From an uncultured Acidobacteriota bacterium (lineage in GTDB: Bacteria > Acidobacteriota > Blastocatellia > Pyrinomonadales > Pyrinomonadaceae): a stretch of DNA of 64,000 nt. Below are positions 20,094-29,397 of this stretch, one piece after another; within the stretch, counting starts at the first letter, position 1; the number at the start of each line of letters is the position of its first letter. Location of the stretch: positions 79,904-143,903 of the forward strand of contig CALMYB010000001.1 in assembly GCA_937873515.1 (NCBI GenBank). Direction: 5' to 3'. The notes under the pieces are model-generated. The model saw only the letters and a program-made list of their open reading frames with translations. It did no database searches and was not told where the DNA came from. The position numbers were made by a program, and so were the translations under genes.

Positions 20094-20708
20094 TTGAACC
20101 TCTTCGACCTTGCCATCATCTACCTTGCCTGCGGTGCCCCCTTCGCCGTCCAATACTGGTTTCGGCTCAAAGGACGCAGCCGCTTGGAGAAATCTGCAAA
20201 ATGCGTCCTTGCAGGGCTTGCCTGGCCGGTATTTGCCGTTCTCTATGCGGTTGAGGCCGTCAAGCAGTTCGGCCGGCCGGTTCCTCCACAAGCCGAAGCA
20301 AAGCGGCTGATCGAAGAGATCCGCCGATCGCTCGAGAACTCGGTCGATCTGTCCGGAAGGCCTGATGCCGCCTTCGAATTTCGCCGGGCCGTGCTCCGCT
20401 GGGCGGAGTTGGCGATCGCCGTCCAAGAACCGACGACCGCACCGGCCGCAGCGGGAGTTTGGGAGATCGCGGGACATTCAAAGGCCGGAATCGCGTCGGC
20501 GGCCTACATCCATAGGGAAAGGCGACTCCTTGAAGCCCATTTCGCGGCGGCTCGTGAAGACATTCTCGGCCTCGCTGAATCGCTCAAGGACAACGCCAAT
20601 TTCCGCACGCGAGCGATCGAGGCCGCGAGGCTATTGGCCGATGAACTGACCGTCCAAACCCTGTTGGGATCGGGCAACTCGGAATCCTCCGCCGTTTCTT
20701 CTGCGTAA
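20094..20708 (+). CDS. hypothetical membrane protein
   Basis: 204 aa, two N-terminal hydrophobic helices, TTG start, 6 nt upstream of the kinase-like gene. Confidence 0.5.
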   Translation: MNLFDLAIIYLACGAPFAVQYWFRLKGRSRLEKSAKCVLAGLAWPVFAVLYAVEAVKQFGRPVPPQAEAKRLIEEIRRSLENSVDLSGRPDAAFEFRRAVLRWAELAIAVQEPTTAPAAAGVWEIAGHSKAGIASAAYIHRERRLLEAHFAAAREDILGLAESLKDNANFRTRAIEAARLLADELTVQTLLGSGNSESSAVSSA

Positions 20709-20714
20709 GATCAG

Positions 20715-22469
20715 ATGCTGATTTTGCTCCATCTTTGCTCTGTGTTCCTGCTCGTCGGGCTGGGCTTCTATGTGTTTGCCGCCGATCCGCGCCGCCGCGC
20801 CCATCAAGCGTTTGCCGCATTCATATCGTTCCTTGCCCTTTGGACGATCAAAGATCTTATCTTTTGGGATTTCTATCCAATAGATGCAGCGGCCGGGATT
20901 TGGGCGGCAGCTAGCTTTATCATCGCTTTGCTGATGAATTTCGTATTGGTCGCTTTCGCCTGGGTCTTCCCGGAAAATTCGCGGACTCCGCGCAGAAAGG
21001 CTGCGATCCTTCTTGCACCTGCATTGATCTTCGCTCCGGCCGCAGCCTTTGGACTTTTGTGGGACAAAGCCGGCTTCATCGACGGCCAATTCTCTATAAA
21101 GCTCACGCCGCTCGCGTATGCGTTCGTAACGTACGTCTATTTTCTCTTTTTTTACGGCTCTATCGTTCTTTTCGGCAAATACCGAAAATACCGAGGCACC
21201 GAGAGCGGGTCGCAGCTTGGTGCCATTCTGCTGGCTCTTGTTATTACCGGCGCTTTAAAGACGGTTGCGAACATCGTCTTTCCGCTCTTTGGAAACTACG
21301 ATCTCATACCTCTCAGCTCGATCTTCGTGCTGCCCGGCGTGCTTATATACGCTTACGCGATCTTTAACTTCCGGCTCTTTTCGCTCACGTCCGCTCTCAC
21401 GCAGTTTCGGCTCTTTCCGGTCGCATACAAGGTGGCTATATGCATTGCTGCGGTCGCTGTATCAAGTTTTGTGATCTTTCAGATACCGATCGTATGGTGG
21501 GCGTTCCATAACGGAATGGATGCGGAGGCATGGCGTCGCTATCTCGTTTTCAGCGTGATCTCGGCCCTTGTCCCAAATCTCCTGCTTGTGCTTCTCGTGC
21601 TTAGAACGGTCTTGCGGCCGCTCAAAAGAGTAACGCTGGCTGCCGTTGCGGTCGCAAAGGGTTCTTATGGAGCGGAGGTCGATCTGCGCAAGACGAATGA
21701 CGAGATCGGAGTACTCGCGGAATCTTTCAACAAGATGAGCCGCAAGCTCGCAGACGACATCGAGGAACTGCGGCTCCTGAACGAACGGATGATCGAGACC
21801 GAAAAGTTGAGCGCGATGGGAACCCTTGCGGCAGGTGTCGCCCGCGAGGTCAGCACGCCGCTCGGAGCCATATCTGACAAGGTCGAAGCGATGCGCCGCG
21901 AAGAAGGCCATTCCACAAGCACGCGCGAGGATCTCAGCTTGATCGCCTCGCAGATCGCTCTCGTTACCGACATCATCGCGGATATGAAGGCCTTTGGCCG
22001 CATGGACGGCACGGTAAAGAAAAGCGTGTCAGTGAATGACGTCGTCCTTGCCTCGCTTCGCCTGACGAGCATGGGCGTGAACGATGCACAGATCGAAACA
22101 GATCTTGACGCGAACTCGCCGAGAGTTCTCGGAGACGAGGGCGGGCTCATTCAACTCGTCCTGGACCTTATTCGGAAGGTGCGTCTAGATCCACTTTCCG
22201 AGCTTACGCCGATCTCGGTCTCGACATACACAGCTGGGGCCCAGGTGCTCATCGATATAGCTCAAACTAGCGGCAGCGCCGGCCCCTCGTCCCATTCTGA
22301 GACCGACGCGGCGAGCCTCGACCTTTGGATCAGCCAAAAGTTAGTTTCTGCTCATGAGGGAACTCTCACATCATTCGTGGACGAAAGGAGTCGCAGAGGA
22401 TTCACGATCGCACTGCCGCTGCTTGAACAAAAAGATGCTGCCCGCGTATTGACACCGAGCACGTTTTAG
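20715..22469 (+). CDS. multi-TM sensor histidine kinase-like protein with degenerate catalytic motifs
   Basis: About 8 TM helices and a HAMP-like linker (NDEIGVLAESFNKMSRKL). The dimerisation box reads EKLSAMGTLAAGVAREVSTPL, with Arg (CGC 21843..21845) where the phospho-accepting His is expected. The N, G1 and G2 boxes are not recognisable either. Confidence 0.7.
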   Translation: MLILLHLCSVFLLVGLGFYVFAADPRRRAHQAFAAFISFLALWTIKDLIFWDFYPIDAAAGIWAAASFIIALLMNFVLVAFAWVFPENSRTPRRKAAILLAPALIFAPAAAFGLLWDKAGFIDGQFSIKLTPLAYAFVTYVYFLFFYGSIVLFGKYRKYRGTESGSQLGAILLALVITGALKTVANIVFPLFGNYDLIPLSSIFVLPGVLIYAYAIFNFRLFSLTSALTQFRLFPVAYKVAICIAAVAVSSFVIFQIPIVWWAFHNGMDAEAWRRYLVFSVISALVPNLLLVLLVLRTVLRPLKRVTLAAVAVAKGSYGAEVDLRKTNDEIGVLAESFNKMSRKLADDIEELRLLNERMIETEKLSAMGTLAAGVAREVSTPLGAISDKVEAMRREEGHSTSTREDLSLIASQIALVTDIIADMKAFGRMDGTVKKSVSVNDVVLASLRLTSMGVNDAQIETDLDANSPRVLGDEGGLIQLVLDLIRKVRLDPLSELTPISVSTYTAGAQVLIDIAQTSGSAGPSSHSETDAASLDLWISQKLVSAHEGTLTSFVDERSRRGFTIALPLLEQKDAARVLTPSTF

Positions 22470-22518
22470 TTGAACGTTATCTTTAGGCTCCAATACAACT
22501 TAATTCGAGGAAACAGCA

Positions 22519-23832
22519 ATGAACAAATTTCTGTCGTTACTGTTGGCTACTGTCCTAACGGCTGCGTACGCAGCCGCTCAGGATAAGCCAACGGCCTTTG
22601 TTAATGCGAAGGTGATTCCGATCTCCGGCCCTGCGATCGAGCAAGGCATCGTGATCATCCAAAATGGCAAGATCGTCGCGGTCGGCGATGCCCGAACCGT
22701 AAAGCTTTCGTCAAATATGACCGTGATCGATGCGAAAGGAAAGGTGATAATGCCCGGTATCATCGATTCGCACAGCCATATCGGTAATCCGGCGGGTGGA
22801 GACGGCTCTTCGCCGATACAGCCTGATGTTCGCATTCTGGACAGCGTCAATCCCTTGAGCGCAAGTTTTCAGCGCGCTCAGAGCGGCGGCATTACTACCG
22901 CGAACGTTATGCCCGGTTCGGGACATCTGGACAGCGGCCAGACACTTTATCTAAAACTTCGCGACAACGTGGATAAGATCGACGATCTTTTCATTCTCGA
23001 CAAAGACGGCCATTATATGGGCGGCATCAAGTTCGCGAACGGCACCAACCCGATCCGTCCGGGCGGCGGAGCGTTTCCCGGAACTCGTGCCAAATCCGCC
23101 GCACTCGTCCGAGACGAATTCATTAAGGCCCAAGAATATCGCGACAAGGTTGCAAAAGCGGCCGGCGATGCATCAAAGCTTCCGCCTCGCGACCTGCGAA
23201 TGGAAGCTCTCGTCGAGGTTCTTGACCGAAAGCGGACCGTGCATTTCCACACTCATCGTCACGACGACATTCTGACCGTGCTTCGCCTGCAGAAAGAGTT
23301 CGGCTTCAAGCTCGTTCTTCATCACGTGAGCGATGCGTGGGCGGTCGCCGATGAGATCAAGAAGGCGAACGTTCCCGTCTCGATAATCTTCCTCGATTCG
23401 CCGGGCGGAAAGATCGAAGCGAAGGACATCAAGGCCGAAAATGGAGCGATCCTCGAAAAGGCGGGCGTCCTTATCGGTTTTCATACTGACGATGGAATTA
23501 CCGATTCGCGTTGGTTCCTGCGTTCGGCGGGAATGGCTGTCCGCGCCGGAATGTCGCGTGAAAAGGCACTCTATGCCCTAACACTCGGCAACGCAAAGAT
23601 CCTCGACATCGACGACCGCACCGGTTCGCTTGAGGCCGGCAAGGATGCCGACCTCGTTATCCTCTCGGGCGATCCGCTCAGCATTTACACACACGTCCTT
23701 GAGACTTGGGTCGAAGGCAAGAAGGTATTCGACCGCAGCGACCCGAAAGACCGCCTGATACAGACCGGCGGATACGGCGCGACAAACGACCGTTTCATGG
23801 ATACCGATCACGATGACGGAGGACAGGAATAA
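22519..23832 (+). CDS. secreted amidohydrolase family protein
   Basis: Signal peptide, metal-binding IDSHSHIG (HxH), C-terminal GSLEAGKDADLV motif. Confidence 0.85.
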   Translation: MNKFLSLLLATVLTAAYAAAQDKPTAFVNAKVIPISGPAIEQGIVIIQNGKIVAVGDARTVKLSSNMTVIDAKGKVIMPGIIDSHSHIGNPAGGDGSSPIQPDVRILDSVNPLSASFQRAQSGGITTANVMPGSGHLDSGQTLYLKLRDNVDKIDDLFILDKDGHYMGGIKFANGTNPIRPGGGAFPGTRAKSAALVRDEFIKAQEYRDKVAKAAGDASKLPPRDLRMEALVEVLDRKRTVHFHTHRHDDILTVLRLQKEFGFKLVLHHVSDAWAVADEIKKANVPVSIIFLDSPGGKIEAKDIKAENGAILEKAGVLIGFHTDDGITDSRWFLRSAGMAVRAGMSREKALYALTLGNAKILDIDDRTGSLEAGKDADLVILSGDPLSIYTHVLETWVEGKKVFDRSDPKDRLIQTGGYGATNDRFMDTDHDDGGQE

Positions 23833-25046
23833 TGAACCGCAACATACTTAACAAACTCGCCTTTTTGGCGTTCGCAGTCGCCGTCACGCTTTGCGCGTCG
23901 CAAACATTCTTTGCACAGATCGCCGTCAAAGGCGAAACCGTTTTCACAATGGCGGGCGAACCGATCAAGAACGGCGTCGTACTCGTAAAGGACGGCAAGA
24001 TCGAGGCGGTCGGCGCCGCCGCACAAGTGTCGATCCCTTCGGGCTATCGCGTTATTTCGGCAAAGGTCGTCACACCCGGATTGATCGACGCTCACTCGGT
24101 CGTCGGGCTTAATGGTTACCTGAACCAGCCGACCGATCAGATGGCCCTTGACGGCAGCGGCCCGATACAGCCTGAGCTTCGCGCGTTCGATTCCTACAAC
24201 TCGCGGGAAGTACTCGTCCAATGGCTACGTGAATTCGGTGTTACGACCGTGCATACGGGTCATCAGCCTTCGGCTTTGGTTTCCGGCCAGACGATGGTCG
24301 TCAAGACGTTCGGCAACGAAGTCGACGACGTTATGATCGTCCCCGAGGCGATGATCTCCGTAACACTCGGCCGTGACGGCCTCGCCGGCCAGGGCAAATC
24401 ACCCGGTACTCGTGCAAAGCAGATCGCGATGCTCCGCGCAGAACTTATAAAAGCTCAGGAGAACGCCAAGAAGACCGAGCGTCCCAAAGACCTTCGTTCC
24501 GTCGCCTGGCTCAGCGTGATAGACCGCAAGGTTCCGCTCCTCATCACGGCCGACAAGGCTCAGGACATTATGTCCGCCCTGCGTCTTGCGAAGGAATTCA
24601 ACTTGCGGATCGTGCTCGATTCGGTCTCCGAAGCGCAGCTTGTGATGAAGGAGATCAAGGAGTCCGGCTTCCCCGTCATCGTTCATCCGACGATGGCTCG
24701 TCCGGGCGGGGACAGCGAATCGCTATCGATGGAGGACGCGGCCAAGATCAAGGCTGCGGGCATTCCCGTCGCCCTTCAGAGCGGCTACGAAGGCTATGTG
24801 CCTAAGACGCGTGTCGTTCTTTACGAGGCTGGAATGGCGGCTCAGAACGGCCTTACGCAGCGTGAGGCTCTCGAACTCATCACCATCGACGCCGCGAAGA
24901 TACTCGGCCTCGACGGACGCATCGGTTCGCTCGCAGCAGGAAAAGACGCCGACATCGCGCTCTACGACGGCGATCCGCTCGAATGGACGACGCACTGCGT
25001 CGGCACCATCGTCAACGGTAAGGTCGCAAGCGAGGTCGTCCGCTAG
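23832..25046 (+). CDS. secreted amidohydrolase family protein (paralogue lacking the HxH pair)
   Basis: Same fold signature (GSLAAGKDADIAL). The N-terminal metal motif reads LIDAHSVVG, with only one His. Its start overlaps the upstream stop (TAATG). Confidence 0.8.
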   Translation: MNRNILNKLAFLAFAVAVTLCASQTFFAQIAVKGETVFTMAGEPIKNGVVLVKDGKIEAVGAAAQVSIPSGYRVISAKVVTPGLIDAHSVVGLNGYLNQPTDQMALDGSGPIQPELRAFDSYNSREVLVQWLREFGVTTVHTGHQPSALVSGQTMVVKTFGNEVDDVMIVPEAMISVTLGRDGLAGQGKSPGTRAKQIAMLRAELIKAQENAKKTERPKDLRSVAWLSVIDRKVPLLITADKAQDIMSALRLAKEFNLRIVLDSVSEAQLVMKEIKESGFPVIVHPTMARPGGDSESLSMEDAAKIKAAGIPVALQSGYEGYVPKTRVVLYEAGMAAQNGLTQREALELITIDAAKILGLDGRIGSLAAGKDADIALYDGDPLEWTTHCVGTIVNGKVASEVVR

Positions 25047-25146
25047 TTTTTTTCGGCGGCTGATACTTTTCATTTACGTCCAACGCCTTACGTTACGGCG
25101 GGAGAAATTTCTCTCCCGCGTCACGTACGGCGTTGGACATATTTTT

Positions 25147-27399
25147 ATGAAAAGACAGATCGTTTCCCTGCTTATTCTTACTGCACTTTTTGGTTCGGTT
25201 CTCGACATAGTCGCACAGCGCCGAAAGGCCGCCTCGGTACCTGCAGCCCCGAAATGCTCAGGCGCTTGGACCGGCACGATAACTTACAAACGAACTCAAT
25301 CGGCCTCCGACAACAAGACGATCCAGCGCGTCTCCGGCCGCGGCCAGGACACGCGGAACTGGCAGATGTCTTACGCCTACAACGCGAACGTTACCGTCGC
25401 CGAATCGCCTGAGAAGAATGGTTCGAGCATCGGAATGGCGACGATCAGCCACCAAATGTCGTCGAAAGAGCGCGTTGACGCCGTCGAGAAGAACTCGTGC
25501 GACCGTGGAAAAACATGGCGAGACATGCGCGGCACCTCGACATCTGAGACGAGCACGAGCGGCCAGGCAAGCGGCGAATCGGCCAACGTCGGGATCAACA
25601 TCAACTCCGATGGAACGTATTCTGTCAGCGTCGGCCTGCCGCAGATCAAAGGAAAAACTTCCGGCAGCCAGTCGTCAAGTTTCAGCGGCCAATGCACGGC
25701 AAAGGAAGGCTCGAACCTCTCGATGCCGCCGACCGAAACGACGATCGAGGGCAATTCACTCACGTCTGACGGAACAACGCGGATCAACCCGGACGACCCG
25801 AACAAGCTCTCCGGTTCATACTCATACACTTGGCAGAATGTGACCGAGACGATCACCTGGAACCTGCAGAAATGCGGCGCACCGCTCCGCATCACCGATC
25901 TTAAGTTCGCGGATATGAAATTCCCGAATTGGAACGATTGGCAGGACATCGTACCGCAGAAAGGCACGATCGACGGCAACCTTGTTAAGATCAAGGCGAC
26001 CGTGCTCAACGCATCCGGCGAGACAAAATTCGCAGATCTTAAATTCAAAGAGACGTTCAAGGGCGATAAATGGGATGGTGCAAGGCCGGACGGCCTTCTC
26101 GAGAACGGCGAAACATCGGTTCGGCTCGACCCGGGCGATTCTCGCGAGGTCGAGATCGTATGGGATTCATCAGGCTACGCGTGGTTCGATGACGGCCGTC
26201 CGCGTCTTCTGCAGCGTATCAAAGCAGAGCTATACGAGAACGACAAGAAGACGGACGAGAAGATCGAGAATCTGAAGGTCGCCCCAAAACCGCTCGTTCT
26301 AGTCCACGGACTCTGGAGCAGCTGGAAGGCCTGGGAGACTTGGCAAAATATTCTGACGACGAGCCATTCCTACGACTGGAAAGCCTTCCCTGTCGGCGAA
26401 AAGCCGGAGAAGGGTGTGATGGATACCGGCGGCGAGTTTCTGTCGTCGGCACCGACAAAAACGATCCACGGCAACGCGGTCGAGGTCGATCGATACGTGA
26501 AATACGCTCAGGAAGATCGCAACGCGTGGCACGTCGATATCGTCGCGCATTCGATGGGCGGACTGATCTCACGCGAGTACATTCAGGCGTTCATGAAGCC
26601 GGTCGAGGATGGCCGCCCTCGTGTCTCCCATCTCGTGATGCTCGGAACGCCGAATATGGGCAGTCCGTGTGCCGACACGATGGACATCGCGTTCTCGATC
26701 ACGGGCACGACGCCGAATGCCGTCCGCGAACTAAAGCCCGACGTCGTGGCCGAATTCAATCGGGTCGTAACGGCCCGGAAAGGCGTGAAATTCTCCGTCC
26801 TCGCGGGCAATCCGCTGCCGACGATGTGCAAGAAGATCGAGTGGAATGACGGTGTTGTGGCGGTCTCGTCAGCCCATCGGGTCATCAAGGACAAGGGCAT
26901 CTCAAGCAGCTTGCATACCGACCTCACCGGCACGAAGGACTTTTCGGATTTCGTCAAACCACGGCTTGCGATCGGTCCGAAAGGCGACCACAACCCGGAC
27001 GTGCCTACCGGAGCGAGTTCTTCGATGCCGAACACGAAATTCTATGGTGCCGGAGCAGGCCCGTTCTTTGGCTCATCGCCGGTGTTCAATGATTTTCAGG
27101 ATATCGGAAAGGCGGTCACGGTCGCGGGAAAGCAGACGACGGAGATCGAGCTATCGCTCGAGGCCCGAAACGATCTTGGCATCACGATAATGGCCGACGC
27201 CTCGGTCAGCATCGAGCTGATCGACCCGGCCGGGAAGGTCGGCGGCAAGAACCTTGCCAACACGCCGGAGGCTCGCGCATGGTTCCGCTCGATCTATCTT
27301 AAGACGCCGGTTGCTGGAGGAACGTGGAAACTGCGCGTTACCAACACGTCCGAAGTCGAGCGACCTGCGTACTTCGCGATATGGTCGAACGCCAGATAG
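25147..27399 (+). CDS. secreted multidomain alpha/beta-hydrolase (lipase/esterase-like)
   Basis: ATG 25147 gives signal peptide MKRQIVSLLILTALFGSVLDIVAQ. LVLVHGLWSS and nucleophile elbow AHSMGG are present. The Ser/Thr-rich N-terminal region is unassigned and the C-terminal region is a beta-sandwich. The ORF track's 24796 start overlaps the amidohydrolase gene and is rejected. Confidence 0.7.
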   Translation: MKRQIVSLLILTALFGSVLDIVAQRRKAASVPAAPKCSGAWTGTITYKRTQSASDNKTIQRVSGRGQDTRNWQMSYAYNANVTVAESPEKNGSSIGMATISHQMSSKERVDAVEKNSCDRGKTWRDMRGTSTSETSTSGQASGESANVGININSDGTYSVSVGLPQIKGKTSGSQSSSFSGQCTAKEGSNLSMPPTETTIEGNSLTSDGTTRINPDDPNKLSGSYSYTWQNVTETITWNLQKCGAPLRITDLKFADMKFPNWNDWQDIVPQKGTIDGNLVKIKATVLNASGETKFADLKFKETFKGDKWDGARPDGLLENGETSVRLDPGDSREVEIVWDSSGYAWFDDGRPRLLQRIKAELYENDKKTDEKIENLKVAPKPLVLVHGLWSSWKAWETWQNILTTSHSYDWKAFPVGEKPEKGVMDTGGEFLSSAPTKTIHGNAVEVDRYVKYAQEDRNAWHVDIVAHSMGGLISREYIQAFMKPVEDGRPRVSHLVMLGTPNMGSPCADTMDIAFSITGTTPNAVRELKPDVVAEFNRVVTARKGVKFSVLAGNPLPTMCKKIEWNDGVVAVSSAHRVIKDKGISSSLHTDLTGTKDFSDFVKPRLAIGPKGDHNPDVPTGASSSMPNTKFYGAGAGPFFGSSPVFNDFQDIGKAVTVAGKQTTEIELSLEARNDLGITIMADASVSIELIDPAGKVGGKNLANTPEARAWFRSIYLKTPVAGGTWKLRVTNTSEVERPAYFAIWSNAR

Positions 27400-27429
27400 C
27401 CGAGGACACGCCGTCCTTCGAACCAGACC

Positions 27430-27459
27430 CCGGCAGTCCGCTTAACTGCGGGCTGCCGG
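27430..27459 (+). terminator. terminator-like GC hairpin after the lipase-like gene
   Basis: CCGGCAGTCCGC-TTAACT-GCGGGCTGCCGG, followed by GCCGTTT. Confidence 0.5.
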
Positions 27460-27466
27460 GCCGTTT

Positions 27467-27577
27467 GAACCTCGAACCTCGAACCTCGAACCTCGAACCT
27501 CCACCTTGAACCTTGAACCTTGAACTATGAACCTTGAACTATGAACCTTGAACTATGAACCTTGAACTATGAACCTT
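27467..27577. repeat. heptanucleotide tandem array (GAACCTC x5, then alternating GAACCTT/GAACTAT)
   Basis: About 16 contiguous 7-nt units read directly from the sequence. The array runs into the stop codon of the convergent gene 27576..28676. Confidence 0.95.
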
Positions 27578-28676
27578 ACGGCAACGCCGTGATCCGCAGA
27601 TCATCGATATTGTCGGCGACCGTCACGCTCCGCGGCTCGAACCGATGACGCTTGCTTGACGCCGTCACGACGTACGTCTCGCCTGTCTCGACCGCCGAAA
27701 ACCTGAAATATCCAAAGGACGATGTGATCACCGTTCGCCTCTCACCTCTCGGCGATATCAACGTCACCATCGCACCGCTTATCCCGCTCCCAAACCTATC
27801 CACGACCTGCCCCTTCACAATAGCATCCGCCGCCGTCGTCACCAAGCTGATCTGAAAGTTGTCGATCCCGGCTAAGGCGTCTGACCCGGCCTCGTCCTTG
27901 TCGTACCATCGGATATAGAGATATTGTCCCGGATCCCAACCAATGCCCCGCAGAACCTGAGTCTTCGTCCCAAGGACAAAGAACGGATCGATTATCGATT
28001 GCCCTCCAGGACCACCAATGCCGCTCGTTGGTGTAGAAAAGCTAAGAGTATCGGGGATTTCTTCAAGGTCGCCCGGTGTATGCCAGGAATCAGGAGCGGC
28101 GGCAGCATCGTTGAAAGTCCCCGCTCCAGTATCATCGATAACTGTGCTCGGCGCCGAAGCGTTAACGAGCCATCTCACGGGAAAATCGTTGACTGTGGAG
28201 CTGGGGTTTCGCGCGATGACGGCGTCATAAGAAACGCTAACGCTTACGATCGAGTTCGGTGTATCGTTTCGAAGAACGACGCCAAAGTATCCGCTGGCAC
28301 GAGTTGAAGCAAGAGAACCGAATGCTCGACTGGGTGTCAACTCTCCCGTGTATATGGAATAGAAGGCTCCCGTCGAATTGTTTCCTTTATTCCTTCCCCA
28401 CCTTGACTCTGTTGACAGTCCATATACATACCAGCCCTGTATAGCTCCCCCGTCCGCAAAGCTTGCCAGTTCTAACATTGTTCGTTGAGAGATATCGGTG
28501 GCTGTATTTGTCGAAAGGGTGAAGGATTGAAAGTCCTGAGAATAGTTACCGGTAAATCCCACGGCTGTCGCCGGGCGGTGGTGTTGACTTCCCTGACCAT
28601 AAATTGAAAAAAGAGAACCGAATACGAGAACAAGTGCTCCAAGACAGCAAAGCACATCAAATTTTTGAAAATGCAC
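27576..28676 (-). CDS. secreted protein with C-terminal CarboxypepD_reg-like domain
   Basis: Signal peptide, then about 280 aa unassigned. The last ~85 aa (KGQVVDRFGSGISGAMVTL...SSFGYFRF...ETGETYVVTASSKRHRFEPRSVTVADNIDDLRIT) align with the C-termini of both giant proteins. Confidence 0.65.
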   Translation of the reverse strand: MHFQKFDVLCCLGALVLVFGSLFSIYGQGSQHHRPATAVGFTGNYSQDFQSFTLSTNTATDISQRTMLELASFADGGAIQGWYVYGLSTESRWGRNKGNNSTGAFYSIYTGELTPSRAFGSLASTRASGYFGVVLRNDTPNSIVSVSVSYDAVIARNPSSTVNDFPVRWLVNASAPSTVIDDTGAGTFNDAAAAPDSWHTPGDLEEIPDTLSFSTPTSGIGGPGGQSIIDPFFVLGTKTQVLRGIGWDPGQYLYIRWYDKDEAGSDALAGIDNFQISLVTTAADAIVKGQVVDRFGSGISGAMVTLISPRGERRTVITSSFGYFRFSAVETGETYVVTASSKRHRFEPRSVTVADNIDDLRITALP

Positions 28677-28756
28677 CAGTGGGAAACTCCTTATTGTTTG
28701 CTGAATTTATACCGCGTTGAGGATATTGGGTCAAGGCTGGATAGGATCCGGATCAC

Positions 28757-28819
28757 TTCGTGCAGATCGTGCATCTTGTGCAAATCGTGCACTTTGATAC
28801 GTTTTGTGCGGTTTGTGCT
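28757..28819. repeat. 9-nt tandem repeat (about 7 units, core TCGTGCA/TTGTGC)
   Basis: Reads TTCGTGCAG ATCGTGCAT CTTGTGCAA ATCGTGCAC TTTGATACG TTTTGTGCG GTTTGTGCT. Confidence 0.85.
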
Positions 28820-28887
28820 TCAAATGCGCGCGCCGTTTCGCTATGATGACAACACGGTCGAAACGGCCGTTCGTTCATTGACAAGCT

Positions 28888-28973
28888 AAATTCAGATTTC
28901 AGTTTGCAGTGCCGGGTCTCAGGCTTCAGGTTTGGGATCCCTATCTCGAATTTCAAATTTCAGATCTGAGATT
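28888..28973. repeat. degenerate 7-nt periodic tract ending in copy 1 of a 31-nt element
   Basis: TTCAGAT TTCAGTT TGCAGTG ... TCAGGCT TCAGGTT. Then ATCTCGAATTTCAAATTTCAGATCTGAGATT (28943..28973), which contains the palindrome TCAGATCTGA. Confidence 0.85.
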
Positions 28974-29244
28974 TTAGACAGGCTTTTGCTCCGTGGATTC
29001 GGGAATCATCGGTGGTTCTTGCGGCTTGCCGCAGCGCAGTGCGGCCGGGCTGGCCCGACCGATGTACGAAACAAGTGATCTCGGAGGCGGCTTGCCGCCG
29101 ACAAGGACACACTCCCTACCGGTCGTGTTTCCGCCTCGCCGCATCCAAACCTTCGCGAACGCTACGCGTTCTTTGCGTTTAAATTCCCGTTTAAAAACGC
29201 AAAGTACGCCAAGCGAAACCCCGCAAAGACCACAAAGGTTTTCG

Positions 29245-29275
29245 ATCTCAAATTTCACATTTCAGATCTGAGATT
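29245..29275. repeat. copy 2 of the 31-nt element (29/31 identical to 28943..28973)
   Basis: ATCTCAAATTTCACATTTCAGATCTGAGATT, a direct repeat 302 bp downstream of copy 1. Confidence 0.9.
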
Positions 29276-29283
29276 GGTCAGGT

Positions 29284-29389
29284 CGTCCCCGTAGGGGACG
29301 CGAGATCATAGCCCAGGGTAAGGCCGTTAGGCCGCAACCCTGGGAAAGAGGTCGCAAAACAGATCGATGGAGCTCCGTTAGGAGCGACA
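29284..29389. repeat. cluster of REP-like GC-rich hairpins
   Basis: CGTCCCC-GTA-GGGGACG. CCCAGGGT..(GGCC-GTTA-GGCC)..ACCCTGGG. GCTCC-GTTA-GGAGC nested in GTCGC...GCGAC. The core CCGTTAGG recurs. Confidence 0.8.
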
Positions 29390-29397
29390 GAGGGATT

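Noticed and set aside
24796-25146. 5' extension of the lipase-like ORF (track start 24796)
   Set aside because: The extension overlaps the 3' end of the amidohydrolase gene in another frame and is Arg/Ser-rich. ATG 25147 yields a clean signal peptide.
28753-29258. Two minus-strand ORFs both starting MKFEI (67 and 94 aa), plus the 124-aa ORF at 29439..29813
   Set aside because: Their sequences are translations of the tandem repeats and hairpin elements (e.g. CTICTRCTICTK from the 9-mer array). The shared MKFEI start comes from the duplicated 31-nt element.
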